DNA of 64,000 nt. Source: Octopus bimaculoides (taxonomy: Eukaryota). This document shows positions 24,480 through 37,358 of this stretch, piece after piece. A program made the translations under genes and the position numbers. The stretch lies in contig NC_068981.1 in the NCBI RefSeq assembly GCF_001194135.2, positions 59,327,224 through 59,391,223 of the forward strand, written 5' to 3'. A model generated the notes under the pieces. That model searched no databases, was not told where the DNA came from, and saw nothing but the letters and a program-made list of their open reading frames with translations. How positions within the stretch are numbered: the stretch's first letter is position 1; each line of letters starts with the position of its first letter.

Positions 24480-25600
24480 GTACAGTATTATATATCCATC
24501 GCTGCTGATCTTACCAATCGGTTTCATGCTAGAATTACAATGGAGTATTAGGTAACTATATGATTATATAAACTCACGCTCATCAGAGGTAGCCGATATG
24601 GAATTAAAAATGGCGACTGCTCTCTATTGTTGGAGGGGAAATGACATCCGGTTTGCGGTTGCTGTGAAAGGATGAGGAAACAAACCGAATAGGTGATTAA
24701 GTTAAGAGTTTTGTTCCTTGATGCCGTGACATCACCAGCGGGTTGGTTATGCTATAAGTAGGTAAGAGCCATCATGAAGTGTTTGTGGGAATTGTGCGCA
24801 TCTTTTGCGCTGGTGTTCTCGTGGAAACGGGATATGTGTAGTGGTACTCTATTTATAACTTTTTCAGGGGGTGTAGGCATCCATTACTGTGTTCGCTAGT
24901 GTTTTATTTCTGTATTGGTGAAGGCCGTGTGGGCTTTATGTGTGCATGCACTGTGTGTATGGGTACAATGTGTATAGGGTTACAATATGTGTGTAGGAGT
25001 TTGTATTGTAGGTGCTGGGAAACGGTCTATTTGGTAGGTGTCCGCTGTGTTGGGGTGTGTGTATTTGTATGTAGGTGCGTTGGTGAATGCTCTGGTCAAA
25101 CTCTTTGCCAGACTCCAGAGTATTGGTAGAGGGTCGAATTTGGGGGATTGGTAATTGTAGTCATGATGGGGCATGCAGGTATGGTAGGGTGTACTTCCTT
25201 TCATGTGGGCAAGAATCAAACATTTCAATTCTGCCATTCAGGTAAAATCGTTCTTTTCCCAGCCAAACATAGCCTGCGCTTCCTGCTGCTATTGAAGTAC
25301 AGTTTACTTTTCCCCAGGATCTTCCACTTGATGTTGTAGTAGGTAGCACTTTCTTTCAAAGACCAAACGTGCTTAGCCGAGTTTGTGGCGTTGTGTCTCT
25401 CCGGGATGTTAAAGGAGGACTTGTGGTTGTTAAATCGGGTTTTGAAGGTTTCTTCAGGCGCTTCATACTTTCTCATCGGCTATTATGTTAATATACACTA
25501 TTGCCATAATAGCCAATGAGAATGCATCATAGGACTTAGCTCCGGCATTTGGAACTCCGAGTTCTATTACGACAACTTACTGAGTGTCCCAAACAATACA
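24480..25600 (-). mobile_element. 5'-truncated Penelope-like element: GIY-YIG C-terminal fragment (about 25150-25476), 3' region, and HHR-like motifs at both ends
   Basis: EETFKTRFNNHKSSFN..KHVWSLKE..IKWKILGKSK..CLAGK; motifs at 24506-24591 (-) and 25507-25569 (+). Confidence 0.8.
25507..25569 (+). ncRNA. Degenerate type I hammerhead, antisense to the PLE ORF at its 5' junction
   Basis: Stem I taatag/ctatta, core CCAATGA (CCGATGA in the mirror copy 25471-25488), stem II gaatgc/gcattt, GGAAC-TCCGA-GTT. Confidence 0.45.
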
Positions 25601-26396
25601 TATACTTATCAATATGTGTGTATATATATATATATACAAGAATATACAGAATTGTTAATTATTAATTCTATTATTAATTGACGATTCTCTGCCCTTATTC
25701 TTGTATATTTTATATTTGATATCCCTAAGTTAGATGGCTAAACCGTAATCCATTCCACACGGGACTTTTTTTCATACGGGACTATTTGTGACGCACATGG
25801 AATAGATTTNNNNNNNNNNNNNNNNNNNNNNNNNNNNNNNNNNNNNNNNNNNNNNNNNNNNNNNNNNNNNNNNNNNNNNNNNNNNNNNNNNNNNNNNNNN
25901 NNNNNNNNNNNNNNNNNNNNNNNNNNNNNNNNNNNNNNNNNNNNNNNNNNNNNNNNNNNNNNNNNNNNNNNNNNNNNNNNNNNNNNNNNNNNNNNNNNNN
26001 NNNNNNNNNNNNNNNNNNNNNNNNNNNNNNNNNNNNNNNNNNNNNNNNNNNNNNNNNNNNNNNNNNNNNNNNNNNNNNNNNNNNNNNNNNNNNNNNNNNN
26101 NNNNNNNNNNNNNNNNNNNNNNNNNGGCTGAAGATTGGAATAGTGAAATTTCCATTCACTTAACCATGAAACGATTCGTATCCAATTAACTAAAGGCTTG
26201 GTTTGTTTACGCTTTTCCCTCCGGTTTTTTGTTCTATGTGTGCCATAAATATCGCCATCCACTTTAGAGAAAAATTTGTAGTTTGGAATCAGTAGTTCTT
26301 TGACTGCTATTTCTAAATTTTCAGTATGTTGGAGAAGCAACTCAATTGCTAATCCCTGTATATTTATAATGATATATATATATATGTATATATATA

Positions 26397-26590
26397 TGGA
26401 GGCACGTGGCTTAGTGGTTATGGAGTTGCATTCAAGATCGTACGATTGTGTTTTCATTCCTGCAGCGATCGATGCTATATGTTATTGAGCAAAACACCCC
26501 TCTTCACGTTCACCAATCCAGTGAGCTGGAAAAAAAATGAATATTCCTGTAAACGACTGTATGAGAGTACGGCTCGGGAAGGAACTTTTA
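26397..26590 (+). mobile_element. Degenerate tRNA-derived SINE of a third family
   Basis: GTGGCTTAGTGG A-box-like head followed by a TTGAGCAAAACAC..CCAGTGAGCTGG central domain. Confidence 0.5.
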
Positions 26591-27122
26591 TCCTTATACA
26601 TACATACATACATACATACATACATNNNNNNNNNNNNNNNNNNNNNNNNNNNNNNNNNNNNNNNNNNNNNNNNNNNNNNNNNNNNNNNNNNNNNNNNNNN
26701 NNNNNNNNNNNNNNNNNNNNNNNNNNNNNNNNNNNNNNNNNNNNNNNNNNNNNNNNNNNNNNNNNNNNNNNNNNNNNNNNNNNNNNNNNNNNNNNNNNNN
26801 NNNNNNNNNNNNNNNNNNNNNNNNNNNNNNNNNNNNNNNNNNNNNNNNNNNNNNNNNNNNNNNNNNNNNNNNNNNNNNNNNNNNNNNNNNNNNNNNNNNN
26901 NNNNNNNNNNNNNNNNNNNNNNNNNNNNNNNNNNNNNNNNNNNNNNNNNNNNNNNNNNNNNNNNNNNNNNNNNNNNNNNNNNNNNNNNNNNNNNNNNNNN
27001 NNNNNNNNNNNNNNNNNNNNNNNNNNNNNNNNNNNNNNNNNNNNNNNNNNNNNNNNNNNNNNNNNNNNNNNNNNNNNNNNNNNNNNNNNNNNNNNNNNNN
27101 NNNNNNNNNNNNNNNNNNNNNN

Positions 27123-27158
<36 letters not shown>

Positions 27159-27159
27159 G

Positions 27160-27204
<45 letters not shown>

Positions 27205-27559
27205 CCTTTCCTCACGTAACCATCTTTCTTTTCTTGCACGGACGTCCAAAAGACTGCACCGTTTTTTCTCTCTCTTCTATCTTTTTTCTTTTCAAAGAAA
27301 ATATTTCTCCCAGCGTTCACTACTTTCCCCAGCGTTCACTACTTTCCCCATGTTTGTTTTCGTTCAGTTTCCTTGTATATCTCCACTGTCCTGTTTTTTC
27401 CCCTAACTTTGACCCTCCATAAATCCTAAATTTTATTTTAGAATTTATGGGATCAACTGTCTTTGAAGACACGTATTGTCGTTGAATGCTCTGGATGCGA
27501 TGTAATCGACAATATTTCTCCCACCAAATTTCTGGCCTTTTTCCTTCCTGCTTACTTCC

Positions 27560-28090
27560 CACGAAGTTCAAACTTCTCTTGCCAGGTTTTTGTATTCATT
27601 GAGATTGATCGGAGTGTACCAATGACAATAATTATCGCAGTGATTCTTGATGCTCTATGCCTATGTTCCATCTGAGGTCTTGATACCGTCCGGCTTTCTC
27701 ATTCTTCGACTTCAAGGTTTTGTTAGCTGTAGGTGCCGCTATTTCAGTGAATATTCACTATTTGATCTCTCCGTAGAAAAGAGATAACTGGTCAATTATG
27801 TTGCAGCTTCTTCTCAGTGCAGATTGTCATATCCCACGTGAATTTTACTTGTCGATAAACTCTATCCAGCACATCCTGCCCATCTTCCAGTGTACCCGCT
27901 GTTCACATGGTATCTGCTGTGCATCCTTGTTATGGCACTTTTTACACTCCTGGTTCAGTTTTGAACAATTACTAACTACATCTCTGAACGTTTTAGATGA
28001 GTTTCTACACAATCTAGGCAAAATTGTTTCTGCTATCGTATCAATGCTGTACTTGAATGCTTTAGTTCGTAAAGCTTATTCTTGAGCAAC
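27560..28090 (-). mobile_element. Degraded RLE-type LINE C-terminal fragment
   Basis: Broken frames: CKKCHNK..RVHWKMG, EKAGRYQDLRW, IIIVIGTLRSIS. Confidence 0.55.
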
Positions 28091-28174
28091 AACAATAATA
28101 AGTTTTCGTTATAGTTATTGCTGTTCCATATCTCAGGCAGGGAGCTCAAGAAACAGCGCTATTTGCTTATGTTT

Positions 28175-28305
28175 TATCTCTTGTTCTACATAGTTCAGTT
28201 ACTGGACTGCTACCATGGTGGGGCATCTCCTTGGATGATTTAGTAGGACTAATTGTTCGGAACTATGTAGTTGGGAAGCAAGTTTCTTACCACACAACCA
28301 TCCCT
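28175..28305 (-). mobile_element. Internally deleted SINE family A
   Basis: Head (GGTTGTGTGGTAAGAAACTTGCTTCCCAAC) joined to tail (GCCCCACCATGG..CAGTCCAGTAACTGAAC). Confidence 0.55.
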
Positions 28306-28389
28306 GAGCCTATGCCATGTATATATGTAAGTTCTGTGGTTTTAGCCACGCATTGCTGCACGTTTTTGAATGTTTCCAATTACATTTCC

Positions 28390-28560
28390 TGTTAGAGGTA
28401 TTGTTTCTGCTTTAGTTAATTATATCTCATTATCCAGATAGTTGCTTTGGATAATTTAACCATTTCATCGAGTGATACATTATCGTCAGTTAGGCCTGAT
28501 ACGTCTATCAAGGGATATGTCGTTTCATGGTGATCCTTGACAACATTAACTGATGGATCA
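28390..28560 (-). mobile_element. Short RLE LINE remnant
   Basis: LIDVSGLTDDNVSLDEMVKLSK matches the copy at 63742-64000. Confidence 0.55.
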
Positions 28561-29877
28561 GTGAATACCACATAGCGTGGTGAGTAGAGGAAATGCAGCA
28601 TTCTTGACAGCACGCTACGTATAAGCTTAGATACTGTGATTAATAATAACGATAGCAATGAGGATTATATAAAATCAGCTGTTGTCTAACTCTCTAAAGA
28701 GATAATGATTGTAGTAAATATAATCGTTTTGTAATCAAATGTAAAGAAAACGTTTTGAGTTTCATATTTCCAGCACTCAAAAAGAATATATTTGTCGGTG
28801 ATGTAATATCAACAAAACTGGGATTATTTTATGGGATTAATTAATGTTTTCTTTACGAAATGTTACTATGGATTCCATACATCATTGAACAAATATTTGA
28901 GAGTAGTTGCTATCCAATATAATTATGATTAAACATATGTAACGGGAACACCGACACGCATTTGCTCATATCGAAGATTAGGAACCTAGTGTTGTAGCAA
29001 CGCGCAAAGAAAAGCTTTTTACTGTAACCATTACATATACTAATGAGTAATTCTAAAAGCTATGATATTATTCATGTCTGGAAAAAGCAGGCAATAAAAA
29101 AAGTAAAAAAAGAAAAACTCTTTCCACTACTCCTGCATAGCAAGAGTATTTCTCAACTTTATCCAAGGCAGGTTACTTTGGCAGTGGGGCACTAATACAT
29201 ACATAGATACGTACACACTTACTTACATACAAACACACATACATACAAACACACATACATGCATACGTGCAAACATACATAAGTACCTATATGCATACAT
29301 ACATACATACATAAGTACAATTATATTAATTATGAAGGAAACCAGAGTAAGCGATATCCACAAACTATGAATCCACAAACATTTTCAACTACACAAGAAT
29401 GAAGAACAACACAGAATAACAAGACTGAGATATAAGAAATTCACAATGGAGCATAATATATGTGTACTTCCTTCATCAGCTACCCAAGCGAATATCACTA
29501 TGATTTCGACACGTGGGCCGTAACATTCAATCCGGCAATGTCAACAGCGTTAAAAAATACAAACATTGCCTTGGAATCTACCAACTTGTTACTGTAAATA
29601 ACGACATAAGACTAAACAAATAATGATAATTTATCGCTATAAAATAGTACAACAAAATCTAACTCGTCGTAAAATCGATATTCAGACAATACAACGAACA
29701 TAAAAGTTAGATATTTTGTTTTTCGACTAATTTCACATCATGAACATGATATCACACCCAGATTAGTGGAACAGGACATCCCATAATCGACGTTCTCGAA
29801 CTAAGTAGGAGGAAAATCACAAGCTCAACTCAGTATCTATGAAACAAGTTCAATACTATAGAATATATTAAATTAAC

Positions 29878-29947
<70 letters not shown>

Positions 29948-30087
29948 TATTTTTAGGGAAAAGAACGAAGGGTCATGAACTCATCGATGAAAATCCACTG
30001 TCACATATAAATTGATTTTAATTGAGTTTTTACCTGTAATTTTGGATTTTATCCGTAATATTATTATATATGTATATACATATACAT

Positions 30088-30119
<32 letters not shown>

Positions 30120-30989
30120 CCATTCACACATATACTTTCTTTCTTTTCCTACTAACCTACCGCACATGTGTATAGCAACTTGAATTCATTCCACCTCAAC
30201 TTTTACTATCAAAACCAATACCCACTTACATATCTTCCCATGCTTTCCTTCTCTCTACCTTTTCTGTACCCATCTCTTCATACAGCTCTATCACACCGTC
30301 CCTACTTAGATATCTCACACTCTTTTATTCCTTACCCTCTCATCTTTTCCTCTCTCTCCCCTAACCTCTCCCTTCCTCCTATCACTATATTCTGACCACT
30401 AGCTAACAGCCTCTTACCTCTCCCTTCCTCCTATCACTTTATTCTGGCCATCAGCTAACACACCCTCTCTCTTTTCGTTCCCTCTCTCTTCATTTCTTTT
30501 TGTCTCCCTCCCGTTTGCTTCTCTTCTTACTCCCATTCTCTCTTCCTGTTTTTGATTTGACCTATCTCCTCTTTCTAATCATACACATCTCTCCCCTCCC
30601 TCTATCCATCCATTAACACTACCAACACATTTTAATTCACCCCCCCCCCCCCCCAAAAAAAAAACCCTCGATCGACCATCACTGTTTACAAGGTTCTATG
30701 CTTGGAATGACCAAATATAACCACCATTGGAACTCACACATCAAGTACAAGAAAATTTGTTCACCCAAAAAATTTTTCACTACTTATATACACCATTCTA
30801 CTTGAATAATGGAACTACAAATACAATATCCTTATGTATCTCACTTCAATATTCATTCTCTTACTTGCCTCTGTATTTCATATCTTCTCTGCAATAATTA
30901 ATACTCAAACATTTTCTCGCACCGTCTCTGATGAAAGGATATATAAAATATTTATGTGCTTACTCTGGTATATATATACATATGAAAAT

Positions 30990-33560
30990 GAATGTGTATA
31001 TATATACATTGAAAATGAATGTGTCCTGTTAAAGGAAGTTTTGTATTTAATATGGAATTTGACTTAAAGTCTATTTTGGACTTCGCAGAGATGGAAAAGG
31101 CGAAAGAAAGCGAAAAAGAAAGTGTGAAACAAGTTCAGAAGGAAAGAACCAGTTTTCCAGCTGCCGTTGGCGGCTATATGGTGACTTTGAGCGTGTCTAT
31201 GGCGGAATTATTTAAATATCGGAATATGATTAAGAAAACAGGGAATGATACGAAGTTGCTCCCTCCCCAAGATATACTACAAAATATAGCTGCCAAGACT
31301 GTGGTCTATAAGATGTACATTCTTAAGGAAAATTGAGAAGAACATGCAACCCATCCGGAATAAAATATAATACGTCCGATGCAGTATAAGACGCGCTACA
31401 GTGGAGATACAATTCGCTGACAAGAGTACAGCAAAAGATCTGTCGATATTAACAGTGAGATATGACGAAATAATTCTCTTGCCAACTTATCTAGGCAAGG
31501 GAACGGCGAAAATTAAACTGGAGGAGATTCCAGCTGGTTTGGACGTGCTATGGATTGCGGCAGCCGTAACATACGACATGGAAGAAAAAATGTCAATACT
31601 ACAAATACAGAAAAAAGAGGCCGAAAATTGGAAAGGCGAGTAACTTGAAATGGTGGTCCAAGCTAGCCCCGAAACCCTCGAAGGACTTCCCGATAGGGTG
31701 TTTATAGGAGAAGGGCTGAGCGTAAGAGTGAGCGTTGAGGGACGTAGGCCGCGCTGTTTTAAGTGCGGGGAAAAAGACCACGTCCGCTCAGAATGTAAAG
31801 AGAAAAAGCGCGAAGCCCCCTTCTCAACAAAAATGTAAAGACAGAAAAAAAAAGGAAAACAACCAAAGCAAGCAGATATGCCCAAGGAAAGCGAACCAAC
31901 AAGGCAAAAAACGCCAACCACAGGTGAAGAAATAGTATTTATATTAGTGAAGTCTCAAACAAGAAAAGGAGGCCTCAGTTCCAGACTCCTCTCCCTGACC
32001 CCAAAACACCTAAAACAACCGCAGATATACAAGAAAAAACTCCCCACACCACCCCTATTATAACCCATCTCCAAACCCCACCCCGAAGTACAATACAAAA
32101 TCGTATCATTTAAGAACAGCAACAAAGCTTTCTCATGAATTAAACGTGCACATCATAAAGCACAAGTGTACAAAGCGAGCCAAGACTTGCTACCTCACAA
32201 TGTGAGGGGGACCATATCAGCAATTTTAGGCCCATAACTCTACTTAATGTAGAGTTAAAGATTTTGGCCAAAGTGTGAGCTAAGAGGTTGGCGCATGTCG
32301 CAGAGAGACTTGTTGGCGGGGGTGGGGGTGGTCGAAGACATGCGTCATGCCAGGCAAGTCGATCCAGGACAATCTCTATCTCATGCGCTACACCTTAGAC
32401 AGGGTGGGTAAGTTATCTGGTAAAGGTGAGGCATTGGTCCATTTAGACCAGATTAAATCTTTCGATAGGGTAGACCACCAGTACCTGGCAGCAGTCCTTG
32501 AGGCAGCTGGGCTGGGCCCGAACTTCCGTGGCAGGATCATTGTCATTTATGGCGGCATCAAATTTACAGTTCAGATAAACGGTTACCTGTCGGTGCCGTT
32601 TAAGATCGATCGCTCTGTTCGTCAGGTCTTCCCCCTGTCTCCGCTTCTGTATGTATGGCTGTTTGAGCTATTGCTGCTGAGGTTGGAGAACTTGGGAGGT
32701 ATCCTCAATGAATTGGGATGTGGTAAATCTGTTTCTGCATCCGCAGTGGCGTCACCATCACCGTAACTGATGAAACTCAGCTATGTTGTGTAGAGGAGGC
32801 AATCAAAGTTAACGAGACGGTAACAGGGGTAAAAATTAACAAGGACAAGTCCATCGGCTTGCGGCTCGGTACTTGGAGTGGCAAGACGATACCGTCCAAT
32901 GTCGTGGGATATTGGACAGAAGGTCCTGTTAAGTTGCTTAGAGTCTGGTTTGGACTGGATTCCCAGACAGAGAAGAATTGGAGTCAGGTGGCAGACAGGA
33001 TGGATGCTCTAATCCGGACCTAGTGTGGATGGGTGCTATCCCTGAAAGGGAAGGTGGAGGTGGTGCAGGCGTATTTTGCATCTGTTATCACCTACTGTCT
33101 GACCGTTGTCCCTTACTCTGATTCGTGGCTAAACAGGTTGGAACGCCTCTTCCGTTTTTTGTGGAAGGGAGGAAAACGCCCGTGTTCAGTGTCCGGAGAT
33201 TTCGGGCTTCATGGTTTACGTGGAACACGTGCTGTTACATTTAGGAAGAGAAAAGCTATCAGCTGAGTGTATTATTAAGATTGTACCGCCACCCGGAATG
33301 TCAAAGGAAGGTGAGGCATGTTTGTTATGCAAAGTTGCAGTTTTTAAAGAGTGCATATGGAAAACGAAGATGAAAGGAGTCGCGATGAGAACCTTCATCT
33401 CTGGCCCTAGTTTGCTGTACTATTTCAGATATCATCTAAAGAGCTGGAGCAAGGACGCTTGCTGCGAAGCGTATATGGGAAAAGATGTAAGGATGTGGTG
33501 AAGAAGTTGGGTATGAATGATCCCGCTTAAATCCAAAATGTGTAATAATTCATTGTAATT
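30990..33560 (+). mobile_element. Tx1/L1-clade LINE, decayed: ORF1 with CCHC knuckle (about 31060-31990) and RT (about 32200-33500)
   Basis: RRPRCFKCGEKDHVRSEC; NFRPITLLNVELKILAK; PGKSIQDNL..LDQIKSFDRVDH..VRQVFPLSPLLY; SLKGKVEVVQAY. Confidence 0.9.
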
Positions 33561-33717
33561 AACACTCATAACAAATATATATCATTCTATATTTTTAACT
33601 GCATAAACTAAACGAACTCATGAACATTATATGTTTGTAACGCCCTGTGCTGTTCCCTCTATATTAGATCATTTGATCATAATAAAGACTTTATCACTAG
33701 CTGGTGATTAACAAACA

Positions 33718-33757
33718 CTGAGGACGGGTAGCCACCCAGAAACTCGAGTGCGTGTGT
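33718..33757 (+). ncRNA. Degenerate minimal hammerhead motif
   Basis: CTGAGGA, stem II GGGT/ACCC, GAAAC-TCGA-GT; position 17 is G, so probably inactive. Confidence 0.35.
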
Positions 33758-33924
33758 ATCACGTAAGGCTAGAGGTGGGAGCGATGACTTCCCCTCGCAA
33801 ATACTAATCGGACGCATAATGTGTGTCGTTATCCAGCTGAAGAAGACGTCTTCTTGGGGCTATAGACATCAGCAGCACTGTCCTGTATGGGACGTCACAC
33901 TTAGTTGGTAAATATATGTTACGG

Positions 33925-33925
33925 T

Positions 33926-33966
<41 letters not shown>

Positions 33967-34082
33967 TGCACAAAAGGCTTCTTTAAGTTTCCGTCTACCA
34001 AATCCACTCACAAGGTACCACGCTGTAGGACTGAGCCCGGAACCATGTGGTTGAGAAGCAAACTTCTTACTACGCAACCACA
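33925..34082 (-). mobile_element. SINE family A, 5' half
   Basis: Reverse complement of GGTTGCGTAGTAAGAAGTTTGCTTCTCAACCACATGGTTCCGGG..GGAAACTTAAAGAAGCC. Confidence 0.8.
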
Positions 34083-34417
34083 ATTCATAACACCTTTTAA
34101 CTACAAGCCATTACTTGGGAACAACTCAAAGTGGCGTTAATTATAGAATAAATAAATATGTATGAAGTTTATATCAATAGATACACGTACAAACTATAAT
34201 CATTGGATACTTCTAAAACAAAAATACTATCGAAATAATACTATATATAACGAAACCCCACGGGTTGCAAAGGAATTAACAAATAAAGATACATCTTAAT
34301 TCTACGGTGCCAAAAAGTAAAAGATTTATATCTGTCAACACGCAGAATTTAATCCTAATTACCTAACGGAAGTGACGTTGTGCTCTATAGCGAATGAAAA
34401 CTACTCAGCAGAATTAA

Positions 34418-34910
34418 CGGGATCTTTCTGATTTGGCGGACACCATTATTTCTTTAGTTTTTTTTTAGTGTTTTCTGCAGAAACACTTTAAAACTTCTTA
34501 TACTTGTAAATTTTGTCTTATAGAACAGAGAAAAATTTATATATTCGAAGTTATTTCATGTTAAAAGTTGTCGTATTTCGGTAATTTCAACCAATCACTG
34601 ACGTCTATTGAGGTGAAAACAATTACTGCTGTGGTTTGTCAACAACACGTTGTGGCGGTGTAATGGGATCTTTTCTCTTGAATAAAATTAGTGCCGTTGT
34701 TTGTCAAAAACAACTATCGGCGGTACTGTTATTTATGACATCGTTCGTGCATTTGTACTGGTTTTAGCTTTAGGGTTTTAGGGTTAGGGCTCGGGTTTTA
34801 GAGTTAGGATTAGGGTTAGGGTTTTAGGGTTAGGGTTAGGATTAGGGTTATGAGTACTTTTTCCAAATTTGGCGAAAAATTTGTGGCGGTGTATTAAACA
34901 GACTTTCCCA
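34418..34910 (+). mobile_element. Non-autonomous DNA-transposon-like element containing a degenerate (TTAGGG)n tract (34762-34850)
   Basis: Imperfect inverted ends (CGGGATCTTTCTGATTT / AAACAGACTTTCCCA), repeated internal GGCGGT motifs, telomere-like tract. Confidence 0.45.
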
Positions 34911-36647
34911 ATTCCTCCATCTACGCAGGCTCTGCAGCGACGACCATGACTTTGAGACTCAGTCTCAACTCATGACTCGCCACTTCCTCCTACGTGATAT
35001 CCCCTCACCACTATCCACACCGCCCTTGCTAGAGCACGTTCCGTGGACCGTGCATCTGCTCTCTGCCAGCGCACCCGCCCCGCCGTCTCCCGTCTCCCGT
35101 TTCCCCTCACCTACCACCCCAGTGCCCTACCTCTCCAATGCACCACTCTCCGAACCTTCTGGCAACTCCAGTCCAACCCCTCCACTTCGCATATCTTCCC
35201 TAACCGACTCCTCCCCTCCTTCAAACGAGCCCACAACCTATGAGACCTCCTGGTCCACAGATTCTTCCCTTACCCAACTTCACAACTCGGCTCGTTCCTC
35301 TTCTCCCGTCCACACTGCCGCACTTGACCTTACCTCTCCAAAACCACACTCTTCACCGGCCCCCATCATCGACCCTATCATATCACCGACTCCTTCACCT
35401 GTACTTCTACCAATGTCATCTACTACATCTCATGCCCTCTCTGCCTTTCTCTATACACCGGGCAAACGGGATGCCGCTTGGCTAACCGGTTCGCGGAACA
35501 CATCCGAGACATCTGACTCAGCAATAACACCCCGGTCTTGCACCATTTCCACTCTACCGGTCACTCTTTGCAACATTTATCTGTGTTCGGATTGTCCTTG
35601 CACAGGGGCCATCTGGACTTACGTCTTCGCCGTGAAAAGGGTTTAATCTTCTCTCTTTGCTCCTTTGTGCCACATGGCCTCAACTCTCCTCGCCTCTTCC
35701 TCTAACCCTCCTCTCTTTTCATCTAACCCTCCTCCCCTCTTCATCTAACCCTCCTCTCCTCTTCATCTAACCTCCTCCCCTCTTAATCTAACCCTCCTCC
35801 CTTCTTCTTCTAACTCTCTTCCCCTCTTCATATAACCCTCCTCCCCTCTCATCTTTTCCTCTCACACCTACTTCCTCCTACCCACCTCACCTCTCTTGCT
35901 CCGATTCCTACTTTTCTCTTCGCTCCTAATCTCTTTCTCTCTTCTTTTCACTCCTACCCACCTTCTCCCTTCCCCCACCTCCCTTCATCGTCACCCATCC
36001 CTGGTAACCTCATCCCTACACAATCCAACCCCACCTTCCCTATTCATCACATCCCTTACACCCACTTCCACATCCCCCACCACTACCCCCACCCTTAGCC
36101 TAACCCACACTCCACCCTTTCTTTCCCCACTCACGCCCCCCACATCCCAACACCACCAACCACATACTACCACACACCATCACACTATACACCACCATAC
36201 CACACAACATCGCATCACATCACACCACCACCCACACACTAGCACTGATTACTTCCCATCCCCAAACCACCATCCACAGCCCTACAAAAGCACACGCGCA
36301 GACGTCAAGGTCACCAGACCTCTTCCACACGCACATACATACTCTCTTATACACACGCACGCGCACCTTCATTTTGAGATCACCTCTACATTATTATCTC
36401 CCCTTCTTCCTAGCTCTCCTGTGTGACCCCTATGTTCGGCGTTCGCCATGGATAGATCGCTAACCACTACACACTCTTTATTTTCTCTCTTTGTTTCTTT
36501 CTGTGTTCCTTTCTCTGGAAGATCGTAGACTCGAAATGTTAAAGACTTTTTCACTTCCCGAACGTTAAACTAATACATCTGTTTGTTGTCTACATCACCT
36601 GTTTTCGTCTTTTGTTTTTTTTTGTGAATTCTCCCTATATATCTATC
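34905..36647 (+). mobile_element. 5'-truncated Penelope-like element (RT thumb, Cys-rich linker, GIY-YIG, C-rich tail, pseudo-LTR); Neptune-like linker
   Basis: Frameshifted SQFLHLRRLCSDDHDFETQSQLM..LPFPLTYHP..FKRAHNL..STNVIYYISC..LYTGQTG..RFAEH..HGLN. Confidence 0.9.
35697..35850 (+). repeat. About 22-bp minisatellite (TCTAACCCTCCTCCCCTCTTCA)n within the PLE tail
   Basis: About 7 imperfect units read directly. Confidence 0.8.
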
Positions 36648-37358
36648 NNNNNNNNNNNNNNNNNNNNNNNNNNNNNNNNNNNNNNNNNNNNNNNNNNNNN
36701 NNNNNNNNNNNNNNNNNNNNNNNNNNNNNNNNNNNNNNNNNNNNNNNNNNNNNNNNNNNNNNNNNNNNNNNNNNNNNNNNNNNNNNNNNNNNNNNNNNNN
36801 NNNNNNNNNNNNNNNNNNNNNNNNNNNNNNNNNNNNNNNNNNNNNNNNNNNNNNNNNNNNNNNNNNNNNNNNNNNNNNNNNNNNNNNNNNNNNNNNNNNN
36901 NNNNNNNNNNNNNNNNNNNNNNNNNNNNNNNTATATATAATTACATTAATCAAAGGACACACTAAAGTGTCTACCCGATAGAAATTAGAGTTAAAACGCT
37001 TATTTGGACCACCAAAAGATATTTACACTAAGAATAACAGATTCAGCACTATACGAACGAGCGAACCGAAAAACCTCTCACATATCCATATAGCATATAG
37101 CCATATATTTAATGGAAGAGGTTGACAGGTTTCTTGTTTGATCTTACCCTCTTCAGCACATCTTAACCCTTTGAAACATCTTCCCAGTCCGCCATGTTGA
37201 AATCTGTTGGCGTCCTTAATTACTTAGCGTCTGAATATTTTTGCTGCTATATATATATCATTTAAAGAAGAGGAAAACAAAATAAAGACTAGAGAAGCTT
37301 ACTACTTCATTGAAATTAGTTTAATACTTAAGCGAAGTAAGCAAAAATAGAAATAATC

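Noticed and set aside
29455-29525. Hammerhead on the minus strand (CTGATGA plus GAAA)
   Set aside because: The motif order and stems do not give a consistent type I, II or III fold; it looks like overlapping fragments
34762-34850. True telomere or chromosome end
   Set aside because: Short, degenerate and embedded between ordinary flanks
37140-37215. Minus-strand AACATGGCGG start (MADWEDVSKG) or a GRCFKGLRC exon
   Set aside because: The ATG frame stops after 10 codons; the alternative frame lacks a credible acceptor
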